NCBI GenBank assembly: GCA_002633005.1
Contig: NMRA01000232.1
Coordinates: 233,232-297,231 of the forward strand
Direction of reading: 5' to 3'
DNA: 64,000 bases
Source: Phoronis australis
Lineage: Eukaryota > Animalia > Phoronida
Under the pieces are notes generated by a model. That model was not told the origin of the DNA. It ran no database searches and saw only the letters and a program-made list of their open reading frames with translations. This document shows positions 27,141-39,479 of this stretch, one piece after another. How positions within the stretch are numbered: the first letter of the stretch is position 1; each line of letters starts with the position of its first letter. The translations under genes and the position numbers were made by a program.

Positions 27141-27939
27141 ATAATTTGTATAAATTATTTCTAAGCTGTGCTGTGCGATTAATCACCACGCCTTCAGACT
27201 TAAAGCGGCAATAAGCCCGCCAACCTTTTTATTAAAACCATTTACCGTTATAAACTTGGTCTCAGATTGTTCCCTATAGCAAAATTAGAGGCGACTTCAA
27301 GGCTTCCAAAGAACTGGAAGAACATACTGGAGGCCAGGCTCTAGAAGTTGGCTTGACGTGATTTTATGGACCAAGATGTCATTTTATGTGCTGAGCATGG
27401 TCTCAGGGGCTAACCAACTGTCAGGTATTTGGTAATCCATAATTCTTCCTCATCTGAGTAAGGAGACAGCTTTGAGACAGGCTTTATATGGATAAATGAT
27501 CGAATTTTTTCTCAGGCAGTTGAATGTCAAAAATATGTGATTGGCTTTTGAAATCGCAGTTTCTGCTTTTGAAATGAAAACGTGACTTTAAAACACAATG
27601 CGACCTCGTCACATTCCTTTTGGGTCGTCTATAGCAAATGACTTGTGGGTAAAACACACGTTCATTTGTCGCAAGTTAATAAATTTCGTGGCATTGAGAC
27701 GAAAAGCAGAATAGTGTACCACATACAGCCTATTACTTTTTAAAGAACGGAGAATACAGGTGCACCGTGGATTTTTTGTTTGCCAGTGTGTATTGGAATC
27801 TTGACAAAATGCCATTCAAGACAACAGTTGACGTATTATTATACACGGTCATCTGCCTGGGATGTTCATTGCGTGTATACACAAACAATTCCTTAGCCAG
27901 TGTTATCCATATAGTAGTATAAACAAGCTGGTGTTTGTT

Positions 27940-29175
27940 AACCACGCGTGGGTACATTTTGGTAAACCCATTCCTACTTATTGTTTATAATAGTGTCGCA
28001 AGCCGGACCCTTTGTCACCCAACCAAAGATATCTTTGCTCCCATTCGCGTTCCCACGAGTAGGTTCCATCAAACTGCAATGTAATTCTAAATTTATTGTA
28101 TCTACAATCCGAGAACTTTTTATTGCCGAAGCTGTACGTTTTAAGTGGATTGTTCGCTGATTTTGAGGGAGAGGAGGTGGCATTTGTTCAGTGACCCACT
28201 GCAAATGTCCCATGGTGACTAAAAAGGTCAAACCCCCAAGAAGTTGTCTCAATCGATTTTGATATGTAAAGCTGGCGTACTGTAGTCAGAAAACGACACA
28301 ATTTCGCATTTTTACGTGGTCTTTTTTGGAAATGCTCCACAATTCGATACGGCCCTATAGTTTTCAACAGTTAAATTTCGTTCATGGTAGATTACCAATG
28401 TTTGTGTATCGGCCCGCGCGATAACAAGGGGATGTTTGTTATGTATATCTTCGGCAAACTGGGGGCGGAGTTTTCCCACGTCGATTCACAAAGAGTTTGG
28501 CACGAGCCAGCTAAATACCCGACAGCCCAGATGAGGCCAGAGGTAAATCAGTAAGGCGCAAAAACAAATCACAGCTGAACGTCCCGTTTGAATTATCATC
28601 TTCAAGTTTGTTCAAATATTCTTTTCCTTTGGTACTAACAACTCATGGATAGCCATCTGTCGGATACTGGGAGAGTGACGAGTAATTGTCATCAGCGTTC
28701 TACGGAAAAAATACAAAAAGACTTATAAACAAACCAGTGGTTTCGCTCCCTTTAGCGAGCCTCAGATAACCTTACGCCTGATGAATCATGTTGACTGAGC
28801 GTTCACAATAGCCGGCGCATGCCATCACAGTGGGACAGTGTGTGTTGGTATCTCACCGATATCATTATTTCAATTAGGGGGGACAGGTCATTTGAAATTG
28901 AGCTTAAGAGTTTTTTAAAGCGCTGCAAGACAAGACTTCGCAACAAAAGATCACCTGACGTGGCAGATTCTCCACAAAGTAAAGAATAATTGACGCGTAA
29001 AGAAAGTGCATGAAATTAGGATTCCTTTGAAAGTTTCGCTATGACATTTGACATCCTCCCACCCCTGCTGAAATGGAAAGCACACCTTGAGTTTTTGGAT
29101 GCAAGTGGTCGGGATCGTGGGAAAGAGACCCGGAGCTTTAAGTCTTACCTGGCGGCAGGTGTATTCCCACGATGT
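27940..29175. promoter_or_regulatory. Cluster of Su(H)/CSL and HES-type sites (candidate Notch-responsive enhancer or orphan promoter)
   Basis: TTCCCACG 28050-28057, 28473-28480 and 29164-29171; CGTGGGAA 29116-29123; GC box at 28461; TGGCACGAGCCA 28498-28509; CACGCG 27943-27948. Confidence 0.55.
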
Positions 29176-30524
29176 CTATGTATGCGGTTATGTGATGGTA
29201 TTTTGCTTGAGTTTGCTGGGGATTTGACTGACAAGAAGCTATTGTACCGAACAATTAGATAAGAGCATCCAAAATAGCTGTTTGGATATGTTTATCTATA
29301 ACCGATGACTTGCTTGAATCTGATGACAGTGCTCAGATTTCAATCGGCTGATCTCTGACATATTAGACGGCCTTTCATTGCTGCCGTCGAAGTCAACATG
29401 TGAGTCCCCAGCAAGCTATAGGAACAAGGTGTCAGTGAAAATTTGAAACGACGAGTTCGGTCACGTCCTCAAACACAAGACCGCACGGTCCACTTTAGCA
29501 CATAAAACCTATGCGATCTCGGAATGCCAACTCCACTGAAAAGCACGATTTGTCTGCATGAAAATCAAGTTTATGACTCCTCGCAACCAATTTTGTTACA
29601 GCTGTATGTAGCCCAGTATAGCTGGCTAAAAACGGTTAGTCCGTTTATTCTGACAAAACCGGTATAGTGAACTAGCCTAAGTCTTACAGAATAGACAGTG
29701 AAGTTCAGGGTTGCCTGCCTGGACACAATTTTGGAAGGGATACCGCCCCCGGGACTCTAGCATATGGGACGTGCCGGTCAGATTGGTGACTTCGCCATCT
29801 AATTTCCTTACGAAAGTGTTCTCTTTTCAACATTACTCCCAACGAAAGTGTCCCCTGTTCAACGGGAAAATCTACAGAAGGCTTTTCAATAATATCAGGA
29901 AGCCTTCCTGATATTATTATGTCCTTGAAACATTGATTGCAAAAGATACTCTCGTTTTTGAAAACATGACATTTCTTCTTGTGCTGATTCTGGCTTGATG
30001 TGCTAAAAAGACAGCTGCCTAAAAAATCCCACGAAAAGCCGGAGTTAGGGAGGGTTCGATTTCTGTACTGAGGGTGACTTTTTCGTGAAAGCTCCCTAAA
30101 AATGGGACCCTTTTTCAAGCGGATGCTCAAAATGGGTGTGCCGCTGGAGTTTTTCTAAAACAATTGCACTCGTTTTCTGCACGATTTTAACAATTTAGAA
30201 GTGTAAGCAACAGAAACAATTTCTATACAGTGTACTTTTGTTGTTGTACATCTACCACCATAACCTCAGCACCCATGAATTGAAGTTTGGCGGATATACG
30301 TAATTGTCGTATGTGCAATGGATTGTGGGAAATCGCCTTTTGCAGACAGAGCAGACGGAATTTATCCGAATAAATGTAATTCTTGTAAGCGCAAAACGTC
30401 CATGCGAATTAAATAAAGAGAGAACTTCAAATAAATAAAACTTGATACACAGAAAGGTTGCCACTGTGCTCTAATGCAGTTAACAGTTAACGCGGTAATT
30501 TTCTGTCGGGATTTCAAGTTAAAA

Positions 30525-31045
30525 GTGCGCCAAAGCGGAAAAAAATCCACAACACAAAGATTCTTTTCAAGAATTGTTAAATTCTCTGCAGGACCAAAAA
30601 ACATACTCGAAACCCAAATTTATCGTGCCAGGGGCCTACAATTTATCACGCCAGGAAGGAAAATTTATTACGTCGGAAAATTTCGTGCGTCAGGAAATTT
30701 TCACACGTCAGGAAAATTTCATGCCAAGAGACCACGTGACCATACATAAGCTAGTGACCCCTCAAAGAGAAGACGTATAGGTACACAAAAACAGCCGCAT
30801 TGTCGTAACAATGAGGTTGAATTTCTGTCGTCTCTTCCACGTAAACAGAAGCACAATGTATACACTTGAATACGTCTGTGTATTACAGAGACACGGAGGA
30901 TCGTCACTGTTACGTGGTCTCCTGGCATGAAATGTTCTCCTGGCATGATGAATTTTGGTTTAGACTATATTTTTGGTCCTGCAGAGAATTTATTTCTTCA
31001 ATACAAAGTTTGTGTCGTGGATTTTTTCCGTTTTGGCTTTCTATA
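30525..31045. mobile_element. Foldback element, same family as 25.7-26.8 kb
   Basis: Arms GCCAAAGCGGAAAAAAATCCACAACACAAA / TTTGTGTCGTGGATTTTTTCCGTTTTGGC and TCTCTGCAGGACCAAAAA / TTTTTGGTCCTGCAGAGA, with internal CACGYCAGGAAAATTT repeats. Confidence 0.8.
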
Positions 31046-32575
31046 TCAAATAGGGCACCAAGAGGATTGCATACAGCGCCTCCAGTGTCAGGTATACTGG
31101 AATCTAGATAGGTTGGCGCCCTTTATCCCCCTAAGAGAAAACTATGTATTATACACGGCCGTAGCTTGTGGTAGAAAAGGACTATTTCCCACCGTTCCAT
31201 TTGTTTCTAAATGTATACCTGTATTTGTTCTACGACTGACATGTGTGTATAGTCAGCTATTTTTCAGTTTTACTTAATTTGTGGTCATTTGGAAAAAAAT
31301 ACAATCAATTTATTGTAACTGAAGCGTAATGCGCACTGACACGCAATGAGCCCTATGTAAACAGTTTGCGGTTGGCGCGGTTAGACATTTGCCAAAACTG
31401 ACGTTGATTATATAGAAACAGAGTTATACGAAGTCGTAAATTTTACTTTGAACTTTAATCCAACATTAAAATTGGCAAAGAGCTTTGTGATTGTCGCTGA
31501 AAAAAAGAAAACAAAGAGAAAGAATTGTATAGTAAATGCGTCACAGTGCTAAATGATTTCGCCCTATTTAGCTGGCTAAAAATGAAACTCGAATTAGGCC
31601 CTTTTCTCTGCCCCATGACATTCCTTACGGTGATTGGATTGTCTTTCCGTTACCAGCAACAACAATATCGAAACCATCAGCGACTGAAGAGTACCCTTCA
31701 GAGGTTATTGGGGTAGTACTACGAATTCGTAAATGGCGCATAAACGCATTGCCTGTGACTTGAATTGGTAACGGAAATGAAATCCTTCCACGTTAGGAAA
31801 TATTACGAGAGTAATGTTATGAGAATAAAAGGCCCACTTCAATTTTCGTTTTCAGGCAGCTAAAGCAGGGAGAAATGTAGCTTTAATTAACGCTATAGAA
31901 AAAGAGGCGAAAAGTGTGACGTGATCGCGCTGGTTGTGAGGCAGTCGAGGAGATTCCGCCACTCTTAGTTCTGTCTTCCATCACTTCTCTAATTGGAAAA
32001 TTGGCATTTGGCCAAACTCGAAAATCACCAATCAAACTCTGTCGTAGAGAACACGTGGTTCATTTGTTTAATTGAGTTGTTCACAGTTGCTGTGGCATAA
32101 GGTTTAGATTTTTGAAAACTACATTTGTTGTAATTTGCAGGTTTGTAACACATGAATGCGTTATTGTGTACATGAAAAGGCGACCACTGCCATATTGTGC
32201 GTCTCCAATTTCTGTCACATAGAAAAGACAATCTTTCCTTTGACGACAGGGCCCCGCGATGCCTCCATTTTTAGTCCCAATCCTCAATGAAAAATATTTA
32301 AAAATCACTGAAATTACTATCATCAAGCCCCAAACTGTCCCCTCCCCCCAATGATTAGAAATCTCCTTGCAAGGTTCAGACTCACATACATCTCATAAGG
32401 AATCAAAAAATGTTAGTCTTGACTACTGGAGGTATTGCCGTTTTGGCGGGGGGGGGTTTCTCTCAATCAAAAAAATAACTTATCATTCCGCAGAAGGTAT
32501 GCGGTCACTTACAAGGGTCCCGTATTTTGAGAACCGTTTTTCTCCACTTACTAACGGGCATCAAATCCGTGACCT

Positions 32576-32619
32576 GTAGCAGTAGTAGTAGTACTATGAC
32601 AATAGTAGCAGCGGTGGTG

Positions 32620-32654
<35 letters not shown>

Positions 32655-32710
32655 TAGTAGTAGTAGTAGATATAGTAATACATGAGGTAGAAGTAGAAAC
32701 AGTAGTATTA
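32576..32710. repeat. Compound (GTA)n/(GGT)n microsatellite
   Basis: Direct reading of AGTAGTAGT and GGTGGTGGT runs. Confidence 0.9.
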
Positions 32711-33778
32711 GTTCAAGCTAGAGGCCAGTAAGAGCTCCTAGATTCAAGTGGTAGCATAGTACTAACGGTAATATTATTGTCCACCACATTCTCAGGTTTC
32801 AGATTTTTCCCAAAAATCAAAACAAGTTCCAATACCAGTGAAGACAATTTTTATCGATTAAATTGATAATATTTCGTAGACTGCCCAGTCTCTGCTTTCA
32901 TTGTAATGCGGATCGAGTCTCTTCAAATGCGTTCAGTTCTATTGACCCAAGGGTACTTCGGCGTACCTGTACAAGGATGTTTTCGCTTGAATTCCACTGA
33001 AAACGCCAAACGTGACACTTGCCGTTGTGACGCAGATTTATGGCTAATTTGTTATTTTTTAATCAGTTCTACCCGCGGACACTAGTTGCGGTCAGCACGC
33101 GAAGCAGAATCCTCCCTCTGAGCGAAGTTGGAAGTGAAAATAAAGACGATGAAGTAAAGGTCGACGTAAAAAGACTCATTGTCGTCTTCACAGCCCCTTG
33201 GCTTAAGCGACTTGTGCGATGACAGCGTCGCTAATTCCAGTGGCGTCGTTAGGATTTTTGCTCGTCACTTCCTGAGGCTTTCCGAACCAAAACAGACACT
33301 GGGCGGCTATATTTTATATGTAACGCAATAAATGGCCGATCTTGTCCTTTGTCACTGTCAGTTCTGAGGACCATCATTAGCTCGTTAATTCCTGCTCAAG
33401 TCATAAGTTATAAAAATCAACACAGTTCACGCACAGTCGCTCAACCGTGGTTTTACCATAAGACAAGGTCGTAAACTAACCTATGAACTTTACATATCCC
33501 CAACAGCCGGAATTGGATATGAAAACAGAGCATAGTAAAATTGTAGTCACGAGATGTGACATTTGGTGTGGACTTGGCCTGTGTATTGTCGCATGATCGA
33601 CACCAGAAAGGCAAGCTGTTATCAACTATGACCTATGAATCAAAAATTAAAATTGAACTGTAAACCCTTCATCATTTATAACATATATGCTCTGAACACC
33701 AGCACAGCGCACAAACGATACTACGATGTACAAGCAATTGTATTTATGTTTGCTGTGAAAATAGCTATCTTCAACTTA

Positions 33779-33895
33779 CAATAACTATAATAATAATAGT
33801 AATAATAAAATAATAGTGAATAACCAAAATGATAATTTTGAGAAATCGTTATGATTATAGTAATTATAAATAATTATAACTGTGGTAATAATAGC
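33779..33895. repeat. Degenerate (AAT)n low-complexity tract
   Basis: Interrupted TAA/ATA repeats. Confidence 0.7.
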
Positions 33896-36800
33896 CACAA
33901 CACAAATATAACATTGTTATAGTTATTACAGAACGGTGCTTACTGTATATAACTATAAACAAGTATTTGAACACGCACAAATGTTTTCACGCGTATTAGG
34001 ATTGAGGTCTCAATGTTACAAAAATTTAAACTACGTGAAGTTTTAATAAGATTAAACTGCCGTGTAAACAGAATCCCTTTAGAGCATGTACTCGAAAGAA
34101 TTTGTTAATAGGATTGACGATGTCATGCCGGAGATAGTATGTAATGTTCATTTTAAACACCGAGTGGAGTGTTTGTCTAAATTATCACAGTAATGTAATT
34201 ATAGCCTTCGTGCAAACATAACTAAAATTTCCTCATCTCATTACTCCATTGGCAGCAGATAAATGTGTGACATTTTCCGTATTTTCTAATCCATCAAAAA
34301 ATCCTCCGTCGCATTACATCATTTCAGTGGCTGTCCCTATAGAAAAATCTTCCATTTTGTTAAACAAGTGATTTTTTAAAAGCTGCATATGAATTCTTCT
34401 GATTCGAAAGGTGGGGAATGTTTTCCATTTATTTACCTGCACTATTTGACCCGTTTACTCGTGATAGACCTACACGGGAAAAATATTTTGGAAATGGGAA
34501 TACGTGAATCCACTGATCGCATCACACCTCACGGTATATTTGAAGTCTGAGACTTCCAATTTTTGCAATTAATCTTTTGAAGAATAACCCGGAAGTTTCC
34601 AAGCCGTGTTCGTTATCTGAAACAATTTGCCAAAACGCTCTTTTGAAGTTCTACACACGCGTTAAGTGCGCCATTATATACATTGGACGTTGTCTAAAAG
34701 AGACCACATGGGTCCCTATGCTGAGAATTCCTAAGTCGTTAACGAAACAGAAGCGTCTGCATTGTTGCCCAATCGAAACATAACAAGGCATTTCTTACAG
34801 AATTTGGTATTAGAGATTAAGATTGAATGGAACGTCACTGGCCATGTGCCACATTTCCACTTGTGAAAACATTACAAAATGGACCACTAATGGCCATAAA
34901 TCCCTTTTGCGAATCTAAGAGATTTATCAGGGCTCGGCAAACAAAATCTAATCCCGAATATAAACTGTGCCGGAAAAAGAAAGCAACATCATTTAAAGTT
35001 AAAATCAACATAAACAATTCCGCGGTATAGAAGTACTCTAAGCCAGGCTGTTGGGTATGGTAAACACGTCTTTTATGTAAATGACACGATGGGGGAAGTC
35101 TCGTCTACGTGCCATAACATTATTTTTTCTTAATGAAAACATGAAAGTCTTCCGTTTTAGTGTTGAGTTGTCAATTAGAACACAATTGGTGATCAATTTG
35201 TTGTCTGTTATTAAGCCTCACTTGCGAGAAGTTGAGAATTCCCGGGTCGCATAGCTGCTACCGTGACAACCAGGGTTTGCCGCAAATTATTTATTGGCGG
35301 CGAGATATACACGTTGAGTCAATTAGTGTAGTTTGCTTATGTTTTTGGAGGGTCGTTCAGTTTGGCTTTCTAGTCTAAACATTAGTCTAACGTCGGCATT
35401 TTTCTATATTTGTGCAACCGTGTTCATCAACAGTTTACAATAATTCTGTATTTTTCGGAAGTTAAAGAACGAGGCTGCAAGAAACATATCATAAATACGT
35501 TTATGTTAACATGGGAGTTTTATAAGAAGTATTAACCGATGTGATGCCAAAAATAAAGAAAAATTGCATTATGTTTGTCGAACACCTTCTGTCACACGAT
35601 ATCACGACATTTACGCATGGCAGTTTTTAATCATACTATAGACAAGCATTGAAATGTGTACATTATTGCTCAGCGTCAAGAGGCAAAAATATCTTGTCAA
35701 GCACTCGCTCACATCATTATCAACGTTTCCAGATTTCTTCAGTTCAAAAAGCGAAAGTTCAGTCACAATGTATAATATATTGTTAAATTCTACCTATAAC
35801 GTCACTGCAGTGTCTGGAAAAACTTGGAAATCGCGACACTTTTAAAAATCGGAACCGGCAGCGTCATTTGTTCAACTGAAGCAAAGTATCATGCACACGC
35901 CGTGGAGATGATTTTAATGTCTCTATGATTTTCCCATCAGTGTCGAACTAGTCAAATCAAGATCTCAGCCCCTATAATGATTAATAGACAGTGCAGTTGG
36001 GGTCGATGTCCTTGTAACACAACATTAGAATCAATTTATTATCTGTAAGGAGGTGGCATCCTATGCGAACGCGCAGTCATTGAACCCCAGACTGAGTTAT
36101 AGTAAAGGGTGAACAAAACGGTGAGTACTAAGACGGGTTCGTGTAAGTCCAAGTGACGTAGATCAAACCAATGTCTCATTCATTTTCTGTAATCTCTGTG
36201 ACAAATTTTTATTAATTGCTGCTCAAAGTTTTAGTTGTGCGCTGCTCCTTTTTGGATAACCTTGATACGGAAATAGATGCATAGTTGTACTGTAACTAAA
36301 ACGATTAATAATTGTGTTCTGCTAAGTGAGGCGTGCGCAGTACACATGGAGACTACAACTTTTGCGCCCAAATTTTAATAGAGTATAAGTTCCAGACTAT
36401 ATACAGAGGTGGGTGGAACAGTACCATTGAACACATTTTGGTACTGTGAGCTCAAAAATCTTGTGCCGGGTTATTCATTAAGCTATCTAAGGTGCAACGT
36501 GGGACCCCAGACAACTTAGGAACACTGCCTCCTACCGTGAGCCAAAGGAGCCACTCGTTGTAAAACTAGTTGTAAAGAATCGTGCCGACGAAGTTCCTAA
36601 ATTCTGGGACGCGGGTGAAAAAAACGATGTAATGAGGAGCAGTGCCGTTATACTTTTCACAGCTAATGCTACGAAAAATTAACCCAGCACTGGTCCTTGT
36701 ACTAGTTTGTGCCTTCATTTTATTCATGTTCACTACTTCACTTATTTTTTAATTATGGTAAATCTAATTAGCTTGACGAACTTATGTCATCCAGCCAAAC

Positions 36801-39310
36801 CTTACTTTAAATATTTTATAATTATTAAGAATGATTGTGTTCGACATGACGTGGACAGCAGTGCCACTGCATAACGCTCCCGCGTCAGTCTCGTGCGTGG
36901 AGTATTCTTTCGGTCCACCCTGTACTGGCGGTCGTTGCCTCCACGCTTGGGCTTGTCCCTTTCATTACAAGTTTAATACTCGTTCTTTTTCACCAGGACA
37001 ATAAGACTTTACAAGTTTGGTCTAGTCATTAGAAAAGCATAATTATGTAGCACAAAACAGGCATTTTTCTTCAAATTTCAGTCGCTTTAGAAACGTTGTA
37101 TTTTGCATGGCACGATGGCCGTAGTACTGGTGGGCTACACAATGTAGTCGTGTGGAGATTCTACAAAGAGGTGTGATGTCCACTGCTATGTCAACGAAAA
37201 CATTATGTTTGCTCTAATCGTTGGACGTTTTAAATTCATGGATTTTCTGTATTTTGTGAAATGCTTGGTCAAGCATGGAGTCAGTACCAAGGGTGTTTTT
37301 GGCGTAGGCACTACATCGCCCTAGCAGCCGGCGAGGGCTTGTCCCTGTTAGGCTTGCTTAACGGTTTTACTTTATGACTGACAACACTGCGATTATTTGC
37401 CCGACATCGTACTGTCATAAAAAGCTGTTGACCAAAATAAGTCGTGACATTGTCACAAGAACAACAAGGCAACGGACATTTTTAACATGTGGTCAACCAA
37501 ATCGTGCTTGTATTATTATTGAATTTAACTTAATCCTAAATGCAAGGGATCAAAGAACGTCAAAAAGACCAATGTTTATTGAAACGTAAGTTATATCTGA
37601 CTCTAGGAGATTACTTTTGAGTTAGCAAATTAGACTTAGAAAATCTTCACAAAGCTTTCAGAAAATCTTGACAAGATGTTATGGCAATAAGTTAACACGA
37701 TTTTCAAAAAATATTAGTAAGATTTTATCGAATTAATTGTGGTGAAGTGAAAATGAGGTCTTGATTTTGCGCCACTTTGGAATTTCATATGTTACGGATT
37801 AGGCCTACCAACGTTCCGCCTGTGGCGTTGGGCAGTTGCGAAGTTTGATAGTCATTCGTGCAGATGATGGTCACCAGTCAGCCCCAGATAAGAACGCAAC
37901 TAAGTTCCCTAAATCTTTTGCGTATTTGTGTCGTTCTTTGCGCACAGATCAAATGTTTGTCTATCCTCCTTGACTTATAACATTTTGTAATAGTATTAAC
38001 TATAAACTGAGCCCTCAGTTTAAGGAAAATAAAAGTCTTTAACTTAGAGCGTTGCATGAAAACAGCTCTATTTATTTTTCAATAATAGTGAGAATTCAAC
38101 GTACAGGTAACTCTCGACTTGTATCAAAGCTAAAAAATTGACTCAGTAACGAAACTAAAACAGCATAAGAAAGGACGATCACAGGTCCACGAATATACAT
38201 TAGATTTAGTGGACCTGAATGCCCATTTGAGACTGTCTCGTGCGACCAGTCACAGGGGATTCCCAAGTTTTTACCAGGGGAGCTAAAATATCCTCAGCCG
38301 AGTAATCCACCTGACTGCAGATAGATTTTCCCTTGAACTAAGGATTTCGTAGTTTTCGTCTACTGAATTGTCAACAGAACTTTACTTTTGGAGAGGTAAA
38401 ATACCTACATGAGCCCCTAAACAGCATGCTGCAGGGGGCGGACCTTCTACCCTCACCCTTAACTCCGCTTATGGTTCTTACGAAAATAATTCTTCTCTCA
38501 TTAACCGCACATAATCCCAGTTATAGTGTACAGACAGATTTGATACATCAAGGACATAAAACATAGCGTCATGCACGTGCAACTCGTGCCTTTGTCAGTC
38601 GTGAAATGAAAAGCGGTTAATGAGAAAAGCACCGAGTTCTTAGAACTCGTGTTTGGTTGATGAGAAAAGAACAGCAGCCCGTCAGAAAAAAAACTGTACT
38701 AATGAGACAAGGGCGCATATGATGAGAGGGCCTGGTGAGGGCATTGTGGAAATTATAACGAGGCAGGTGACAACGGTCAATATAACAATCCATAAGCATA
38801 ACCCCCCCTGACTACCTTAAGATAGTATTTTAGGAATGCAGTTGTACAAAAAGCTCTTTTAGTCCATAAACGAATGAAACAGTCTCATATTTAGAGTAAT
38901 TATTAATTCAAGTATGACCTCGCTCCCTCTCACCCTTCTGTCTAGCCTCTCTAAGTTATTTGTTTTCAAATTTTGATCAGCTGGTTTCGCCTGTTTTTCA
39001 AACTTAACACGAAAGCATTCGAATTAACATCCGATATGTAACCAAAGCTTCAGCAGATAACCGTTTAATCGCATTAACATGTTACAAAGCTTTTAATAAA
39101 TGATGCAAAGTTTTCTTTTCATTGTTTTTCACAGTTCGATTGAAACCCATTATGCTTTGTTTATATAGCTCTCAAAGCTGGTAGGGCTGTAATCTCCTAA
39201 TGTATAGCAACGGAGCGCGAGTAAGTTAATGAGGAGATAAAGCCTAATTACACAGTACACGGTCAAAGTATAGTATTCGGTGCGATTTACAGGAAATTCG
39301 ACAAACAATT

Positions 39311-39479
39311 CAGGGGCGCATCCAGGATATTGAGTTAGGGGGAAGGGGGCAGGGCAGAATTTTAGCTAGTAGGATTTTGCCCGTCAGACATGCGCACCCC
39401 GAACTGCCAAGTGAAATCTGGGAGAAATTTAGGGGGGCATGGCCTACTTGACCCCCCCTCCCCCTTAAATCCTCCACTG
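39311..39479 (+). mobile_element. MITE family A copy, 169 bp
   Basis: CAGGGGCGCATCCAGG ... TAAATCCTCCACTG with flanks CAATT / CAGTT (one mismatch). Confidence 0.8.

Noticed and set aside
28645-28730. 27-codon ORF as exon 1 of a third HES gene
   Set aside because: No good phase-0 donor, and no KPxMEK or EKADIL exon found on either strand between 29 and 45 kb.
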